The notes under the pieces are model-generated. The model made no database searches, was not told the DNA's origin, and saw nothing but the letters and a program-made list of their open reading frames with translations. Shown one piece after another: positions 19,292 to 29,184 of a stretch of DNA of 32,000 nucleotides. Made by a program: the position numbers and the translations under genes. Origin of the DNA: Candidatus Saccharimonadota bacterium. Lineage in GTDB: Bacteria; Patescibacteriota; Patescibacteriia; 2-12-FULL-60-25. Within the stretch, counting starts at the first letter, position 1. Every line of letters starts with the position of its first letter. The stretch is from positions 900,001-932,000 of the forward strand of contig OY970357.1 of NCBI GenBank assembly GCA_963718585.1, read 5' to 3'.

Positions 19292-21580
19292 TCATTCCTC
19301 CTCTTCGTCCTCGATGTCCGGGATCTCGTCGTTCACCTGATCAAGGGTCGGATGCGACAAGGGTGCGGAAGGAACGGGCGCCTGGTCCATCCCTTTCGTG
19401 AATTCGACCTTCAAGATCTCACGCGGCTTTGCGCCATCAGCCGGTCCGATGAACCCGTCCATCTCAAGCAGATCGAGGATCCGCGCCGCGCGAGCGTATC
19501 CGACTTTGAGTCGTCGCTGGAGGAGCGATGCTGATGCTTTTCCGGCACGGATGATCTCTTCTTTCGCATCAGGGATGAGCGGGTCCGCATCCTCATCGAT
19601 CGCATTGCCGACACCATTCGGACCCGCGTTCCCACGATTCCGTTCGACGACCGCATCGTCATACTCCGCCGGTTCATATTTCGACTTCAAGTAATCAACG
19701 ACGCGCTTGATCTCGTCATCAGAGATGAATGAGCCCTGGACACGCTTCGGGCTGGACATGTCAGACGTCTGCATCAACATGTCTCCACGACCAACGAGTT
19801 TTTCTGCGCCCGTCTGATCGAGGATCGTCCGAGAATCCGTCGCCGACGCGACGGCGAAGGCGATCCGCGCCGGGATATTCGCTTTGATGAGACCGGTCAG
19901 GACGTCCACCGACGGACGCTGCGTCGCAAGGATCAAATGGATGCCGACCGCACGCGCCATCTGCGCGAGTCGGACGATCGGTCCCTCCACCTCTTGCATA
20001 GCCGTGACCATGAGGTCCGCAAGCTCGTCGATGATGAAGACGACGTACGGTAATTTTTCTTCGGCGCGCTGGTTGTACGTCGCGATGTCGCGCGCCCCGA
20101 ACTTCGAGAGGACATCAAACCGCCGATCCATCTCGCGTAAAGCCCACTTGAGCGCATTCACGGTCTTTTCGACGTCGGTGATGACCGGAGTCAGCAGTTG
20201 CGGAATCCCGTTATAGACCTGGAGCTCCACGCGCTTCGGATCGACCATGATGAGCTTCAGATCGTCCGGCCCGTTCGCATAGAGAAGCGACATGATGAGC
20301 GTGTTCAAACAAACGGATTTCCCGGAACCCGTCGCGCCAGCCACGAGCAGATGCGGCATCCGTGAGATGTCGAGGATCGTCGCCGAACCGGACACATCAC
20401 GTCCAAGGGCAAACGGCAATGAGCCACTTCTGTCTTTCCATTCGCGCGATTCAAAGATCTCCCGCAATCCAACGGTCGCGACGCTTTGGTTCGGCACCTC
20501 GATCCCGACGAGCGATTTACCCGGGATCGGGGCCTCGATCCGGATCGGATGCGCGGCGAGGGCGAGAGCAAGGTCGTTATGCAATGCCGTGATCTTCGTG
20601 AGTTTCACGCCTTCTGAGGGCTTGAGCGTGAACTGGGTCACCGTCGGTCCAACGGAGACCTCTGCCATATCCACCGGGATCCCAAAGGTCTCTAATGTCC
20701 GCTGGATCACATCCTTATTCCGATCCAGATCTCCAGAGGTCGGCTTCTGATCGCGCCGCGAGAGGAGTTCGACGGGGATCTCGATCTTCGGCTGCCGGCG
20801 ACGGCGCTTCGGTGGCGGTTTAGGACGAGATACTTCTTCTTCCTCGTCTTCCCCCTCTTCTTCTTCTTCCTCATCACCCTCCTCACCATCTTCTTCCTCT
20901 TCTTCTTCCCCATCACCCTCCTCACCATCTTCTTCCTCTTCTTCGTCATCCGACCCAAGTGCTGCCACGCGTATACGCTCCTCCACACGGACCGCATGCG
21001 CCGCCTTTGCCCACTTGAAGGGGGCAAGAAGCAACAGACCGATCCGCTTCAGGAGCGACAGGATCCGTGTAAAAAATTCCACCACGCTCCGTAACGACGT
21101 ATTGAATATGAGCAACAATGACATCACGAAGAGCGCAAAGAACACCACGATCGCCCCAGCACTGCCCAACAAAGAACGGAAGGGATCCGCGAGCAGAGCG
21201 CCGATCTTCCCGCCAAGCGTCATCAGCTGATCCGGTGTCACATCCTGAAAGTCAGGGATCGCCGCAATGTGTACGAAGGGATTGAGTGTAAAAAAGAAAA
21301 GAAGGAAGCCGATGTAATTCGTTCCCTTGAGCGGAAACCGTTCCGGGGTCAGCTCGTGGATCCCGATGGCAATGAGGAAGAACGGAAGGATGATCCGATC
21401 CCACCCAAGAGCATGCGCCATGGCCCCATCGATCGCCGTTCCGAGACTTCCGGCCAGATCGAACGTCGACAAAAGGAATAATGCGGCCAACAAGAAGACC
21501 GCGACCGTAAAGATCCCGTGCGCGGTCTGCGGGTCAAGGGAAAAATCGATCTTTGATCTTGATCTGCGGCGTCGTGACAT
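19292..21580 (-). CDS. ftsK: DNA translocase FtsK/SpoIIIE
   Basis: N-terminal multi-TM region, acidic linker, Walker A GATGSGKS, the IDELADLM motor domain, and a C-terminal gamma-like winged helix (SASLLQRRLKVGYARAARILDLLE). Confidence 0.95.
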   Translation of the reverse strand: MSRRRRSRSKIDFSLDPQTAHGIFTVAVFLLAALFLLSTFDLAGSLGTAIDGAMAHALGWDRIILPFFLIAIGIHELTPERFPLKGTNYIGFLLFFFTLNPFVHIAAIPDFQDVTPDQLMTLGGKIGALLADPFRSLLGSAGAIVVFFALFVMSLLLIFNTSLRSVVEFFTRILSLLKRIGLLLLAPFKWAKAAHAVRVEERIRVAALGSDDEEEEEDGEEGDGEEEEEEDGEEGDEEEEEEGEDEEEEVSRPKPPPKRRRRQPKIEIPVELLSRRDQKPTSGDLDRNKDVIQRTLETFGIPVDMAEVSVGPTVTQFTLKPSEGVKLTKITALHNDLALALAAHPIRIEAPIPGKSLVGIEVPNQSVATVGLREIFESREWKDRSGSLPFALGRDVSGSATILDISRMPHLLVAGATGSGKSVCLNTLIMSLLYANGPDDLKLIMVDPKRVELQVYNGIPQLLTPVITDVEKTVNALKWALREMDRRFDVLSKFGARDIATYNQRAEEKLPYVVFIIDELADLMVTAMQEVEGPIVRLAQMARAVGIHLILATQRPSVDVLTGLIKANIPARIAFAVASATDSRTILDQTGAEKLVGRGDMLMQTSDMSSPKRVQGSFISDDEIKRVVDYLKSKYEPAEYDDAVVERNRGNAGPNGVGNAIDEDADPLIPDAKEEIIRAGKASASLLQRRLKVGYARAARILDLLEMDGFIGPADGAKPREILKVEFTKGMDQAPVPSAPLSHPTLDQVNDEIPDIEDEEEE
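20872..20944 (-). repeat. In-frame 39-nt tandem duplication within the FtsK acidic (Glu/Asp/Gly) linker
   Basis: The 34-nt string CATCACCCTCCTCACCATCTTCTTCCTCTTCTTC occurs at 20872-20905 and again at 20911-20944. Confidence 0.85.
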
Positions 21581-21654
21581 GCGCGAAAGATAGCGAAATC
21601 TTAGCGGGATTGCGCCAAAAAGTCACGCGGGAGCAGAAACACGATGCCTCGTAT

Positions 21655-22746
21655 TTACTCCTCGATCGGCGGGGGTTCGTCGTCCTCCGGTGCCGGAGGC
21701 GTAGGACCGCCAGAGGGCGTTCCACCTTCGGCGATCTCACGTTCGCGCCACTGCTCGATGACCTGTTCGCGAAGCGGCTTCCAGATCTCTGGCCGTTCCT
21801 TGATCCCGTTCTTTGCATTCTCACGTCCCACACCAAGCTTGATATCTCCGTAGGTATATGAGTTTCCCGATTTTTTGATGACGCCGAATTCCGTCGCCCG
21901 ATCAAGCAGATCACCGGAGAGTGAGATCCCCTCGTTATACATGATGTCGAACTCGCAGGTCCGGAACGGTGCCGCGACCTTATTCTTCACGATCTTCACC
22001 TTCACGCGATTTCCGATGACCCGATCACCCATCTTGATCTGCGCGGAACGACGGACCTCGATGCGCATGGAGGAGTAGAACTTGAGGGCCACCCCGCCGG
22101 TCGTCGTCTCCGGATTGCCGAACACGACGCCGATCTTCTGACGCGTTTGATTGATGAAGACAACGACCGTCTTCGTCTTGGATACGATGCTTGTCAGCTT
22201 TCGAAGCGCTTGGCTCATGAGCCGCGCCTGCAACCCCATGTGCGAGTCCCCCATCTCTCCCTCGATCTCCGCTTTTGGCGTCAACGCGGCGACCGAATCG
22301 ATCACAACGACATCGACGGCATTGGATCGCACGAGCGTCTCCACGATGTCGAGCGCCTGCTCCCCGGCATCTGGCTGGGAAATGAGCATCTCGTCGATAT
22401 TCACACCGATCTTTCGCGCATAATCCGGATCCAATGCATGCTCCGCATCCACGAATGCCGCGATTCCGCCTATCTTCTGCACTTCCGCGATGATGTGCTG
22501 TGCGAGCGTGGTCTTTCCGGAAGATTCCGGGCCGTAGATCTCGACCACGCGGCCGCGCGGGACGCCGAGGACACCGGAGGCGAGATCGAGCGAGAGACAA
22601 CCGGTCGGCACGACCTCCACGGACATCTTCTTCGCTTCACCGAGGCGCATGATGCTCCCCTCGCCGAATCGTTCTTTGATCTGATCCATCGCCTCTTGGG
22701 CTGCATTTTGGCGCTCGTCGCGCTCGTCAGTAGGTTTCTTGGCCAT
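21655..22746 (-). CDS. recA: Recombinase RecA
   Basis: GPESSGKTT Walker A and RecA motifs throughout, plus a Pro/Glu-rich C-terminal tail. Confidence 0.98.
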   Translation of the reverse strand: MAKKPTDERDERQNAAQEAMDQIKERFGEGSIMRLGEAKKMSVEVVPTGCLSLDLASGVLGVPRGRVVEIYGPESSGKTTLAQHIIAEVQKIGGIAAFVDAEHALDPDYARKIGVNIDEMLISQPDAGEQALDIVETLVRSNAVDVVVIDSVAALTPKAEIEGEMGDSHMGLQARLMSQALRKLTSIVSKTKTVVVFINQTRQKIGVVFGNPETTTGGVALKFYSSMRIEVRRSAQIKMGDRVIGNRVKVKIVKNKVAAPFRTCEFDIMYNEGISLSGDLLDRATEFGVIKKSGNSYTYGDIKLGVGRENAKNGIKERPEIWKPLREQVIEQWREREIAEGGTPSGGPTPPAPEDDEPPPIEE

Positions 22747-22781
22747 AATGTTGGGTGAGTTGTATACGTTTCCGTATCAAT

Positions 22782-22796
22782 GTTCTAGTTTTGTTC
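22782..22796. promoter_or_regulatory. GTTC-N7-GTTC direct repeat in the recA upstream region (candidate SOS/LexA-type operator)
   Basis: GTTC(22782-85)-TAGTTTT-GTTC(22793-96), 36-50 nt upstream of the recA ATG, in an unusually AT-rich stretch. GTTCTA(22793-98) and TAGAAC(22809-14) also form an inverted repeat. Confidence 0.35.
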
Positions 22797-22865
22797 TATT
22801 CTGGTCTATAGAACCTTATCACGCAAGACCGTTGATGTGGATAAATATGTCAAACCATTTCCTCC

Positions 22866-22904
22866 CAAAAAGAGACCCCGCCCCCTCACGACGAAAGGGC
22901 GGGG
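22866..22904 (-). terminator. Rho-independent terminator after the M23 lipoprotein gene
   Basis: CCCCGCCC(22877-84) / GGGCGGGG(22897-904), with a T-run on the minus strand (complement of 22867-71). Confidence 0.7.
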
Positions 22905-22909
22905 AAGAT

Positions 22910-25087
22910 TCACGGAATGAGATCGACATACCCGTTGAAATACGGGTTTCCGTCCGTGTTGTTCGGGACCATGGAGACCGTGAGCGGAGAACCGTCCGCG
23001 GTCAACATGACCGTACCGATCGGCGTGCCGCACCCACCGTTGGAGCACGACTCATTCCCCCAATAGTTCCCGTTCGGGAGATCGAGCTGAAATTCAAAGG
23101 AGCTCGTCTCGTGCGGGAGGGAAAAGGTACAATCGAGATTCCCATCATCGGATGCGCTGTCGACGCAGGCCGTGACCGCTCCCCAGGAATGAGGTGGCGC
23201 ATTCGGTGGCTGCCACCATCCCTGCAAGACAATGGGACCGAACGAGAATGGTCCGGTGTACGACAGATGGATCGTCGCATCGGTCGTTGCGCCAGCATCG
23301 ACGGCGGAAGGTCCCGCGTCCGGATCAGAGCCCTGCACGCACGACGGATCTGACATACACGTCGGATCGTCGCAATCGATCAGACCATTGCAGTCATCGT
23401 CTATCGTATTCGCACAGTTCTCCGGCATCGGTCGACACGAACCCCATGTGCACGACGCACCGTCACAGACGCGTTGGCCTGCGGTCCCGCACGAGGAGAC
23501 GCATGGTGGACCATCGATCGCACCCTTACGGCACTGGAAGATCTCGTCGATGAGACCGTTGCCATCATCATCGAGACCATTACAGATCTCTACACTGGGT
23601 GAACCCGCATCCGACACCGGCGTTGTAGATCCGGCATCATTTTCGGCGGGACCACCGCCGCCGCACGAACCCCCACCCGGACAGGGCGATGGCACGGCGC
23701 ATCCGTGGATGAAGGCATTGTCGATGACAGTGTTCTCACGCGGTCCCGCGACTTGATCGATCACCGCTTGCGGGATCGACACGACGCGTTCCCACTTGAA
23801 GCCCAAAGCTTCGAAGATATCCGCCGACGCGATCGGTACACGTGTCTGCGACGGCGTGACGATCGAGACCTCAGAAGATTCGTCTGCCTTCACGAGCGTG
23901 CCGGGGCGTAGCCGTTCGAGGCCATCGTCTGCAAATGACGCATCCAAGGATGCGCTTTCCGTAGCGTCGGTACGGATATCCGACGCCCCATACCCCCACG
24001 AAGTCAGCGCCTCCCATCGGATGAAGTCCTTACGGGTCTTCGTCGCTTGGAATGCGATGGCCACCGCGGAACTCCCCGCGTGTTTGTAGAGCGTCGTTGC
24101 GCCCCACCCACTCACGTCCGACGCGACCGCGTAGCATCTCTGCTCGTCGGCCGTCATTCGGATCGCCGCGGCCGGATCGTACCGGTCTGCGGCGAGCACA
24201 TCATTCGGGATGCGGGCGAGATGCGTATCATCTTTCACGAACCAGTATCCGCCGTTCACATCCTCCAGGAGGCTGCCGGGCGGATGGTGCCTGACGCTTG
24301 CATCGGCTGCGAGTGCTGGATCGCCATTGGCGGCGACCAGGTCGAAGAAGTCGATCCAGATCGGGTGCGTCATGCGTCCGGTCGTTGGATCGGTCATGAA
24401 CGTGGATGGATCCGCGTACCCAACGACGGAGTCGCCGAGCTTAGAAGCGTCGAATCGACCACGTCGCGCCGCCGTATGGACGTGATGCCAATCGAGTGAC
24501 GTATCACGGCCCGCCCAATAGTGGGCTACGTGTCCGATATATTGTCCGCGCGTCACGATCGTCCCGACGGGTGGATTGCCACGCTGGGCGGCCGGATCGT
24601 ACGGGGTCGCGGATTCGCATTGCACGTGACCGAGCAAGGTCGTGAGCGGCGAACCGCTCGCAAACTCATGTTCCAGCACAAGCACGCACCCTCGGTAATC
24701 GGGGTTTGCCGGCGAATCCGACCCATACCCGCCGAACGTCTGATCTGTGCTCACGCGGACGATCCCGTCCGCCGGTGCCACCACCACGGTCCCGACCGGC
24801 GTCTTATCGACGCACGTATCTCGACCGAGGTGCGCCCCGTAGGTGACGCACTGGTCATCCTGCCTCTTAAGGCAGAATTGGGAGTTGACCTCCCCGAAGC
24901 CGAAACAGTAGTCCGACGTGTCGAAACCGACGACCGGAAACTGGAAGGTGTAGGCAAAGGGGATACCGGTCGTGGGATCAATCGTGACCCCGTCAGACCG
25001 GGTCCCATCCGGCGGTCCACCGCCGGAGGACCCACAGGCCGCGACCAACGCGACGAGCAGGATGAGCCATCGTCTGATTCGGTCCAT
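22910..25087 (-). CDS. Secreted lipoprotein with an M23/LytM-type peptidase domain and C-terminal Cys-rich DDD repeats
   Basis: The Met at 25087 has an AAGGAG SD. Signal/lipobox MDRIRRWLILLVALVAACGS. M23 motifs HLGRD, GTVVVAPADGIV and DWHHVH. CNGLDDDGNGLIDE and IDDDCNGLIDCDD repeats. Confidence 0.8.
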   Translation of the reverse strand: MDRIRRWLILLVALVAACGSSGGGPPDGTRSDGVTIDPTTGIPFAYTFQFPVVGFDTSDYCFGFGEVNSQFCLKRQDDQCVTYGAHLGRDTCVDKTPVGTVVVAPADGIVRVSTDQTFGGYGSDSPANPDYRGCVLVLEHEFASGSPLTTLLGHVQCESATPYDPAAQRGNPPVGTIVTRGQYIGHVAHYWAGRDTSLDWHHVHTAARRGRFDASKLGDSVVGYADPSTFMTDPTTGRMTHPIWIDFFDLVAANGDPALAADASVRHHPPGSLLEDVNGGYWFVKDDTHLARIPNDVLAADRYDPAAAIRMTADEQRCYAVASDVSGWGATTLYKHAGSSAVAIAFQATKTRKDFIRWEALTSWGYGASDIRTDATESASLDASFADDGLERLRPGTLVKADESSEVSIVTPSQTRVPIASADIFEALGFKWERVVSIPQAVIDQVAGPRENTVIDNAFIHGCAVPSPCPGGGSCGGGGPAENDAGSTTPVSDAGSPSVEICNGLDDDGNGLIDEIFQCRKGAIDGPPCVSSCGTAGQRVCDGASCTWGSCRPMPENCANTIDDDCNGLIDCDDPTCMSDPSCVQGSDPDAGPSAVDAGATTDATIHLSYTGPFSFGPIVLQGWWQPPNAPPHSWGAVTACVDSASDDGNLDCTFSLPHETSSFEFQLDLPNGNYWGNESCSNGGCGTPIGTVMLTADGSPLTVSMVPNNTDGNPYFNGYVDLIP

Positions 25088-25219
25088 GTCTGTCTCCTTT
25101 TGTGGAAAGAACGTTTCTGTCCTGGATTCCGTCCGGTATGCATCGCGGACGGGACAAGGAACGGAAAGGGACGACAAACCAACCGACATCGACGACGCTT
25201 GACGGAACGGACGGACGGA

Positions 25220-25801
25220 TCAACGCACGCTCACGCTCCAAATGTAATTCGCGATCTCCGGATCGACCTGCTCAGGCCACGGCATGAGCTGCTGATATCG
25301 ATCATCACCCGTCTCGAGAAGGAGAGCGGTCGAAGTGCCGGTGAGCAGGAACCCGGACTCCCCGCCAAGGCTAGGTACGGGAATGACCTTTCCGGTACGC
25401 CCTTGGATGGTCTGATCGGTCGTAGACGACGTATCGAGGTCGGCCTGCAAAGCACCCGCATCAGTGATAGAAAATTCCGTGATCATGAGCTCCGTATGAC
25501 CACCGACGAGCTTCGCAAGCGTTTCGCGCGTCTCCATGGTCCCCGGGAACATCGACGTCCCAGACGATGCCGCGTTCTGACGAAGAAGGGTCCAATTCGG
25601 TCCGAGGCTCTGGATCGGATCCGCATCCGCGAACTTCGCGCTCGTGAATGCGGGAACCCCCGATTCGGCTGCGGTTGGCGGAGGTGCCGGCGGCGCAGGC
25701 GTGTTTGGTACCGGCTGAAGGCCGTACACGATCCCAAGGACGATCAAAAGCACGACCGTGAAGACCAGAGAACCGATGAAAAATGATTTTTGCTTCTGCA
25801 T
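25220..25801 (-). CDS. Hypothetical membrane-anchored protein (193 aa)
   Basis: The Met at 25801 gives MQKQKSFFIGSLVFTVVLLIVLGIVYG (signal anchor) followed by a Pro-rich linker. The upstream part of the track ORF is not protein-like. Confidence 0.65.
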   Translation of the reverse strand: MQKQKSFFIGSLVFTVVLLIVLGIVYGLQPVPNTPAPPAPPPTAAESGVPAFTSAKFADADPIQSLGPNWTLLRQNAASSGTSMFPGTMETRETLAKLVGGHTELMITEFSITDAGALQADLDTSSTTDQTIQGRTGKVIPVPSLGGESGFLLTGTSTALLLETGDDRYQQLMPWPEQVDPEIANYIWSVSVR

Positions 25802-26161
25802 AGGTATGGATGAAGTGTAGCGGTTCTGCGACCGAACGACGAACGCAAAGGCTGGGATCTCCCACGGGCAGGACAGCGGCGGACGGACCCTGTCGACACA
25901 AGGTCTGGGTCCGTACATGGCGACAAGCCAACCAACCGGTATCTTGCAGATCGGCGACCGCGAGGATCCACGAACGTGAAAGCGAGATCACTTTTCCCAT
26001 GATGCGCCATCTCCGGATCCGTTGCCGGACCGATCCGGGGAGCGTAGCAGGGCCGCTTTACCCTCCCTGCCCGCGCCCGGCGCTGATGATCTCATCATCG
26101 CACGTGTCGTGTTTCAGCCTCTTGCGTTGTCGAGGTGCGGAGTCATGCGACCCACCTTTCC

Positions 26162-26190
26162 AGACTACGACGCGTTGGATTACCCGTCAA
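26162..26190 (-). promoter_or_regulatory. Sigma70-like promoter on the minus strand (TTGACG-N17-TAGTCT)
   Basis: -35 is the complement of 26185-90 and -10 is the complement of 26162-67, with a 17-nt spacer. It lies just downstream of the comEC stop. Confidence 0.5.
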
Positions 26191-26217
26191 AAAATGTGTC
26201 GGTTGAAGTAGACAATT

Positions 26218-27810
26218 TTAAGCCCCATCATTCGGAAGCCCCGTATATCGGGAAAGATCCGCGTCTGATCCTGTCGGTGACAACCGACAGTTTTCAAGAA
26301 CGACGGCTGACGTGATCAAGACTGTGGATAATGATCCGTCATCTGTCGCCGCTCTCCATGCCGACCAGATCAAAAGGTACGTTCCTAAAAGCGCTGGAAG
26401 CGCCATGCCCGCGACCGTTCCATTCAACCAAGGGATGCTGGCCCCAAAACGGGCGATCCAGAGGATGAGGTCCGTGAGGCCATACACCGGCGCGGCAACG
26501 ATCGTGCCACCGATAAGATCCCCCCACAAAGCGCTCATAGCGCCCCACAACATGGTCCAGGGAACAAGTGGCAACACCAACAGATTCGTCGCTAAACCGG
26601 CGAGACTCATGGACCCGAATGCCCACGCCGCATACGGCGCGGTCATGAGGGTGGCCGCAGCGGTCGCCGCCACCGTTTCCCGCAGGCCGAATGCCTTCGG
26701 GATGGCACTCCATCGATCCACGAACAACGGCGCCCACGTCAGCAGACCCCACATGGCCAAAAACGAAAGCGCAAACCCGGCATCGAAGCAGAGGAGGCGC
26801 GGGTTGAGGACGTTCAGGGTGAATGCGGCAAAGAGCAACAATCTATCACTGGATACGGCGCGGCCAAACTCGCGTCCGAGCAGGACGAGCCACCCCATGA
26901 ATGCCGCGCGAATGACACTCGCCGAGGGACCGACGAACCCGACGAATAACAGCAATGTGACCGTGACCACGATGAACGACCAACGACGACGGATGCCAAG
27001 TGCAGTGAGGAAAGCAGATAGGACCAAGACCACGATCGTGACATTGGATCCAGAGACGGCCACGATATGCATGAGGCCAGCGCGTTGAAAGGCCGTTTTG
27101 AGCGACGGATCGAACGCCGCATCCCCGTAGAGCATCCCCGCGGTGAGCTCCGCATTTTCCGACGGAAGGACGCTCGCGATCCGCGCCGTAAGCCGGGTCC
27201 GAGATCGCGTAAGAGTTGCGAACAGATCGAACGACGATGGACCGGTGATGACCGACAGATGCGAGACACTCGAACATTCGGCGAAGATCCCACGCTTGGC
27301 CAATGATTGCCGTCGATCAAGACTGGATGGATAGGTATATGGGATCCGAGGCGCACAGGTGAATGAGACCGTTGCACCGACACGCGGCGCGGTCCCGGAC
27401 ATCGTCGCTGACAATCTGTTCGCAGGCCCATGGATCACCGCTTCGTTCACCGTGACGACATTGACGGTCAGGACCGGCTTGCCACGCGAGACTCCGACAT
27501 CTGTCACGCGTCCGACGAACGATCCGCTCTGGCCGATCCAAGGCATGAGACCATCCCCGCGCTGAGGGATCGTAAGATCGAATCGAACGAATCCGATGAG
27601 ACCAGACGCCAAACAAAGCAGGATAAACCACGCTGCGCGAGGGATCATGCGACCGATGAGCACAGGTGCTCCAAGCACGGCGGCAAAGGACCCGATGACC
27701 GGCAAACCGACGCTCGGCATGGCAGAATGTGTGGCAACTCCGAGAAGAAAGCACGCCATAGCCCAACCAGCTTGTTCACCGAAGGTCGCGGGGAATCGAA
27801 AAAGACGCAT
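26218..27810 (-). CDS. comEC: ComEC/Rec2-family DNA internalisation channel (no metallo-beta-lactamase domain)
   Basis: 530-aa polytopic membrane protein with the ComEC core motif GLMHIVAVSGSNVTIV and an N-terminal OB/DUF4131-like region. Confidence 0.8.
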   Translation of the reverse strand: MRLFRFPATFGEQAGWAMACFLLGVATHSAMPSVGLPVIGSFAAVLGAPVLIGRMIPRAAWFILLCLASGLIGFVRFDLTIPQRGDGLMPWIGQSGSFVGRVTDVGVSRGKPVLTVNVVTVNEAVIHGPANRLSATMSGTAPRVGATVSFTCAPRIPYTYPSSLDRRQSLAKRGIFAECSSVSHLSVITGPSSFDLFATLTRSRTRLTARIASVLPSENAELTAGMLYGDAAFDPSLKTAFQRAGLMHIVAVSGSNVTIVVLVLSAFLTALGIRRRWSFIVVTVTLLLFVGFVGPSASVIRAAFMGWLVLLGREFGRAVSSDRLLLFAAFTLNVLNPRLLCFDAGFALSFLAMWGLLTWAPLFVDRWSAIPKAFGLRETVAATAAATLMTAPYAAWAFGSMSLAGLATNLLVLPLVPWTMLWGAMSALWGDLIGGTIVAAPVYGLTDLILWIARFGASIPWLNGTVAGMALPALLGTYLLIWSAWRAATDDGSLSTVLITSAVVLENCRLSPTGSDADLSRYTGLPNDGA

Positions 27811-27892
27811 ACTCCACCGCTATCACACTTCTAAAAGTTGTCCATACAAAAAGACAGCTGAAAGACAGCCGCTGTTGTAAATTCTGAAGACG

Positions 27893-29170
27893 CTAGTCCA
27901 CCTTTCCGACGCGAAGGTACCGGAACCCCGCGTTTCGTACCGTATCCGCATCAAGCAGATTCCGCGCATCGAACAAAAGGTCGCCATGCATCTTCGCCTT
28001 CAACGCTTCGAGATCAAGCGCACGGAATGCATCCCACTCCGTCGCAAGGAGGATCGCATGAGCGTCCTGTATCGCGTCATTTGGTTCCGCCACCTGTTCC
28101 CCCAAGCCTTCAGGAAGTCGCGCGACCGGATCATACGCACGCACTTCTGCACCGCGCTCCATCAGGATCCGAGCGAAATCCACGGCCGGCGACTCGCGTG
28201 TGTCATCCGTATTCGCCTTGAACGCGATGCCGAAGAGGGCGATCCGCTTCCCAGCCAGACCATCCAAGGTGCGTTCCAGGCGATCGATGATCCGTTCGCG
28301 CACCATACGGTTCGCGACGATGGCGGCCTCCACGATCTGGAGTGTCCGGCCGACCTCTTTTCCCTTTTGTTGAAGTGCGAGGACGTCTTTCGGGAAGCAG
28401 CTCCCGCCCCAGCCGACACCGGCGCGCAGGAATTCCTTCCCGATCCGCGGATCACTCCCCATCCCCCGCGCCACCAACTCGACGTCTGCCCCAACTTCTT
28501 CGCACACGTGTGCGATCTCGTTGATGAAGCTGATCTTCGTCGCAAGGAACGCGTTCGATGCATACTTCGTCAGCTCAGCGCTGCGCGGATCCATGACCAA
28601 CTTCGGGCAATCCAAGTAGGAATACAGATGGACCATGGCATCAGTCGCCCGAGACGATGCGGAACCGATCACGACGCGCGCCGGTTGAAGGAAGTCGTAG
28701 ACCGCATGCCCTTCCCGCAAAAACTCCGGATTCGAGACCACATCGAACGGCTGGGAGGTCTGTCCGGCGATCACGGCCGTGACCCGCTCCGTCGTCCCGA
28801 CCGGGACCGTACTTTTATTCGCAATGACCGCATATCCGCTCAAATGCCTGCCGATCGTCTCGGCGGCGGCATCGACATATCGCATGTCCACGGTCCCGTC
28901 TGCGGCGGACGGCGTCCCGACCGCGATCGAGATCACTTCCGCGCCCGGGATCGCATCCGCGAATGAGGAGGTGAAAGACAACCGCCCCGCGCGGACATTC
29001 CGCATGACGAGCTCTTCCAGGCCCGGCTCGAAGATCGGCATCTCGCCGTTCCGCAACCGCTCCACCTTCGCCGTATCCGTATCGATGCACACGACCGCAT
29101 GACCCAGATCTGCAAGACAGGCTCCAGAAACAAGCCCGACGTATCCTGTTCCGACGACGGCAACACGCAT
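27893..29170 (-). CDS. ugd: UDP-glucose 6-dehydrogenase
   Basis: MRVAVVGTGYVGLVSGACLA Rossmann N-terminus and the catalytic GGSCFPKDV motif. 425 aa. Confidence 0.92.
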   Translation of the reverse strand: MRVAVVGTGYVGLVSGACLADLGHAVVCIDTDTAKVERLRNGEMPIFEPGLEELVMRNVRAGRLSFTSSFADAIPGAEVISIAVGTPSAADGTVDMRYVDAAAETIGRHLSGYAVIANKSTVPVGTTERVTAVIAGQTSQPFDVVSNPEFLREGHAVYDFLQPARVVIGSASSRATDAMVHLYSYLDCPKLVMDPRSAELTKYASNAFLATKISFINEIAHVCEEVGADVELVARGMGSDPRIGKEFLRAGVGWGGSCFPKDVLALQQKGKEVGRTLQIVEAAIVANRMVRERIIDRLERTLDGLAGKRIALFGIAFKANTDDTRESPAVDFARILMERGAEVRAYDPVARLPEGLGEQVAEPNDAIQDAHAILLATEWDAFRALDLEALKAKMHGDLLFDARNLLDADTVRNAGFRYLRVGKVD

Positions 29171-29184
29171 AAAGAGAAAAGAGA

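Noticed and set aside
22147-22758. 203-aa plus-strand ORF and other ORFs overlapping recA
   Set aside because: It is antisense or out of frame relative to the unambiguous recA gene.
24521-25786. 421-aa plus-strand ORF
   Set aside because: It spans two minus-strand genes and their intergenic region. The product is Arg-rich and not protein-like, so it is a shadow ORF.
25802-26155. RNase P RNA or SRP RNA in the comEC-downstream leader (GCAGAACCGCUAC and GGGAGGGUAAAGCGG resemble P4-region strings)
   Set aside because: The near-universal GAGGAAAGUCC and ACAGAAnCCGGCUUA elements are not actually present. There is also no SRP domain IV GGAA/AGCA loop motif.
26312-27088. 258-aa plus-strand ORF, and the 326-aa ORF at 27986-28966
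   Set aside because: They are antisense to comEC and ugd respectively, both of which carry clear family motifs.
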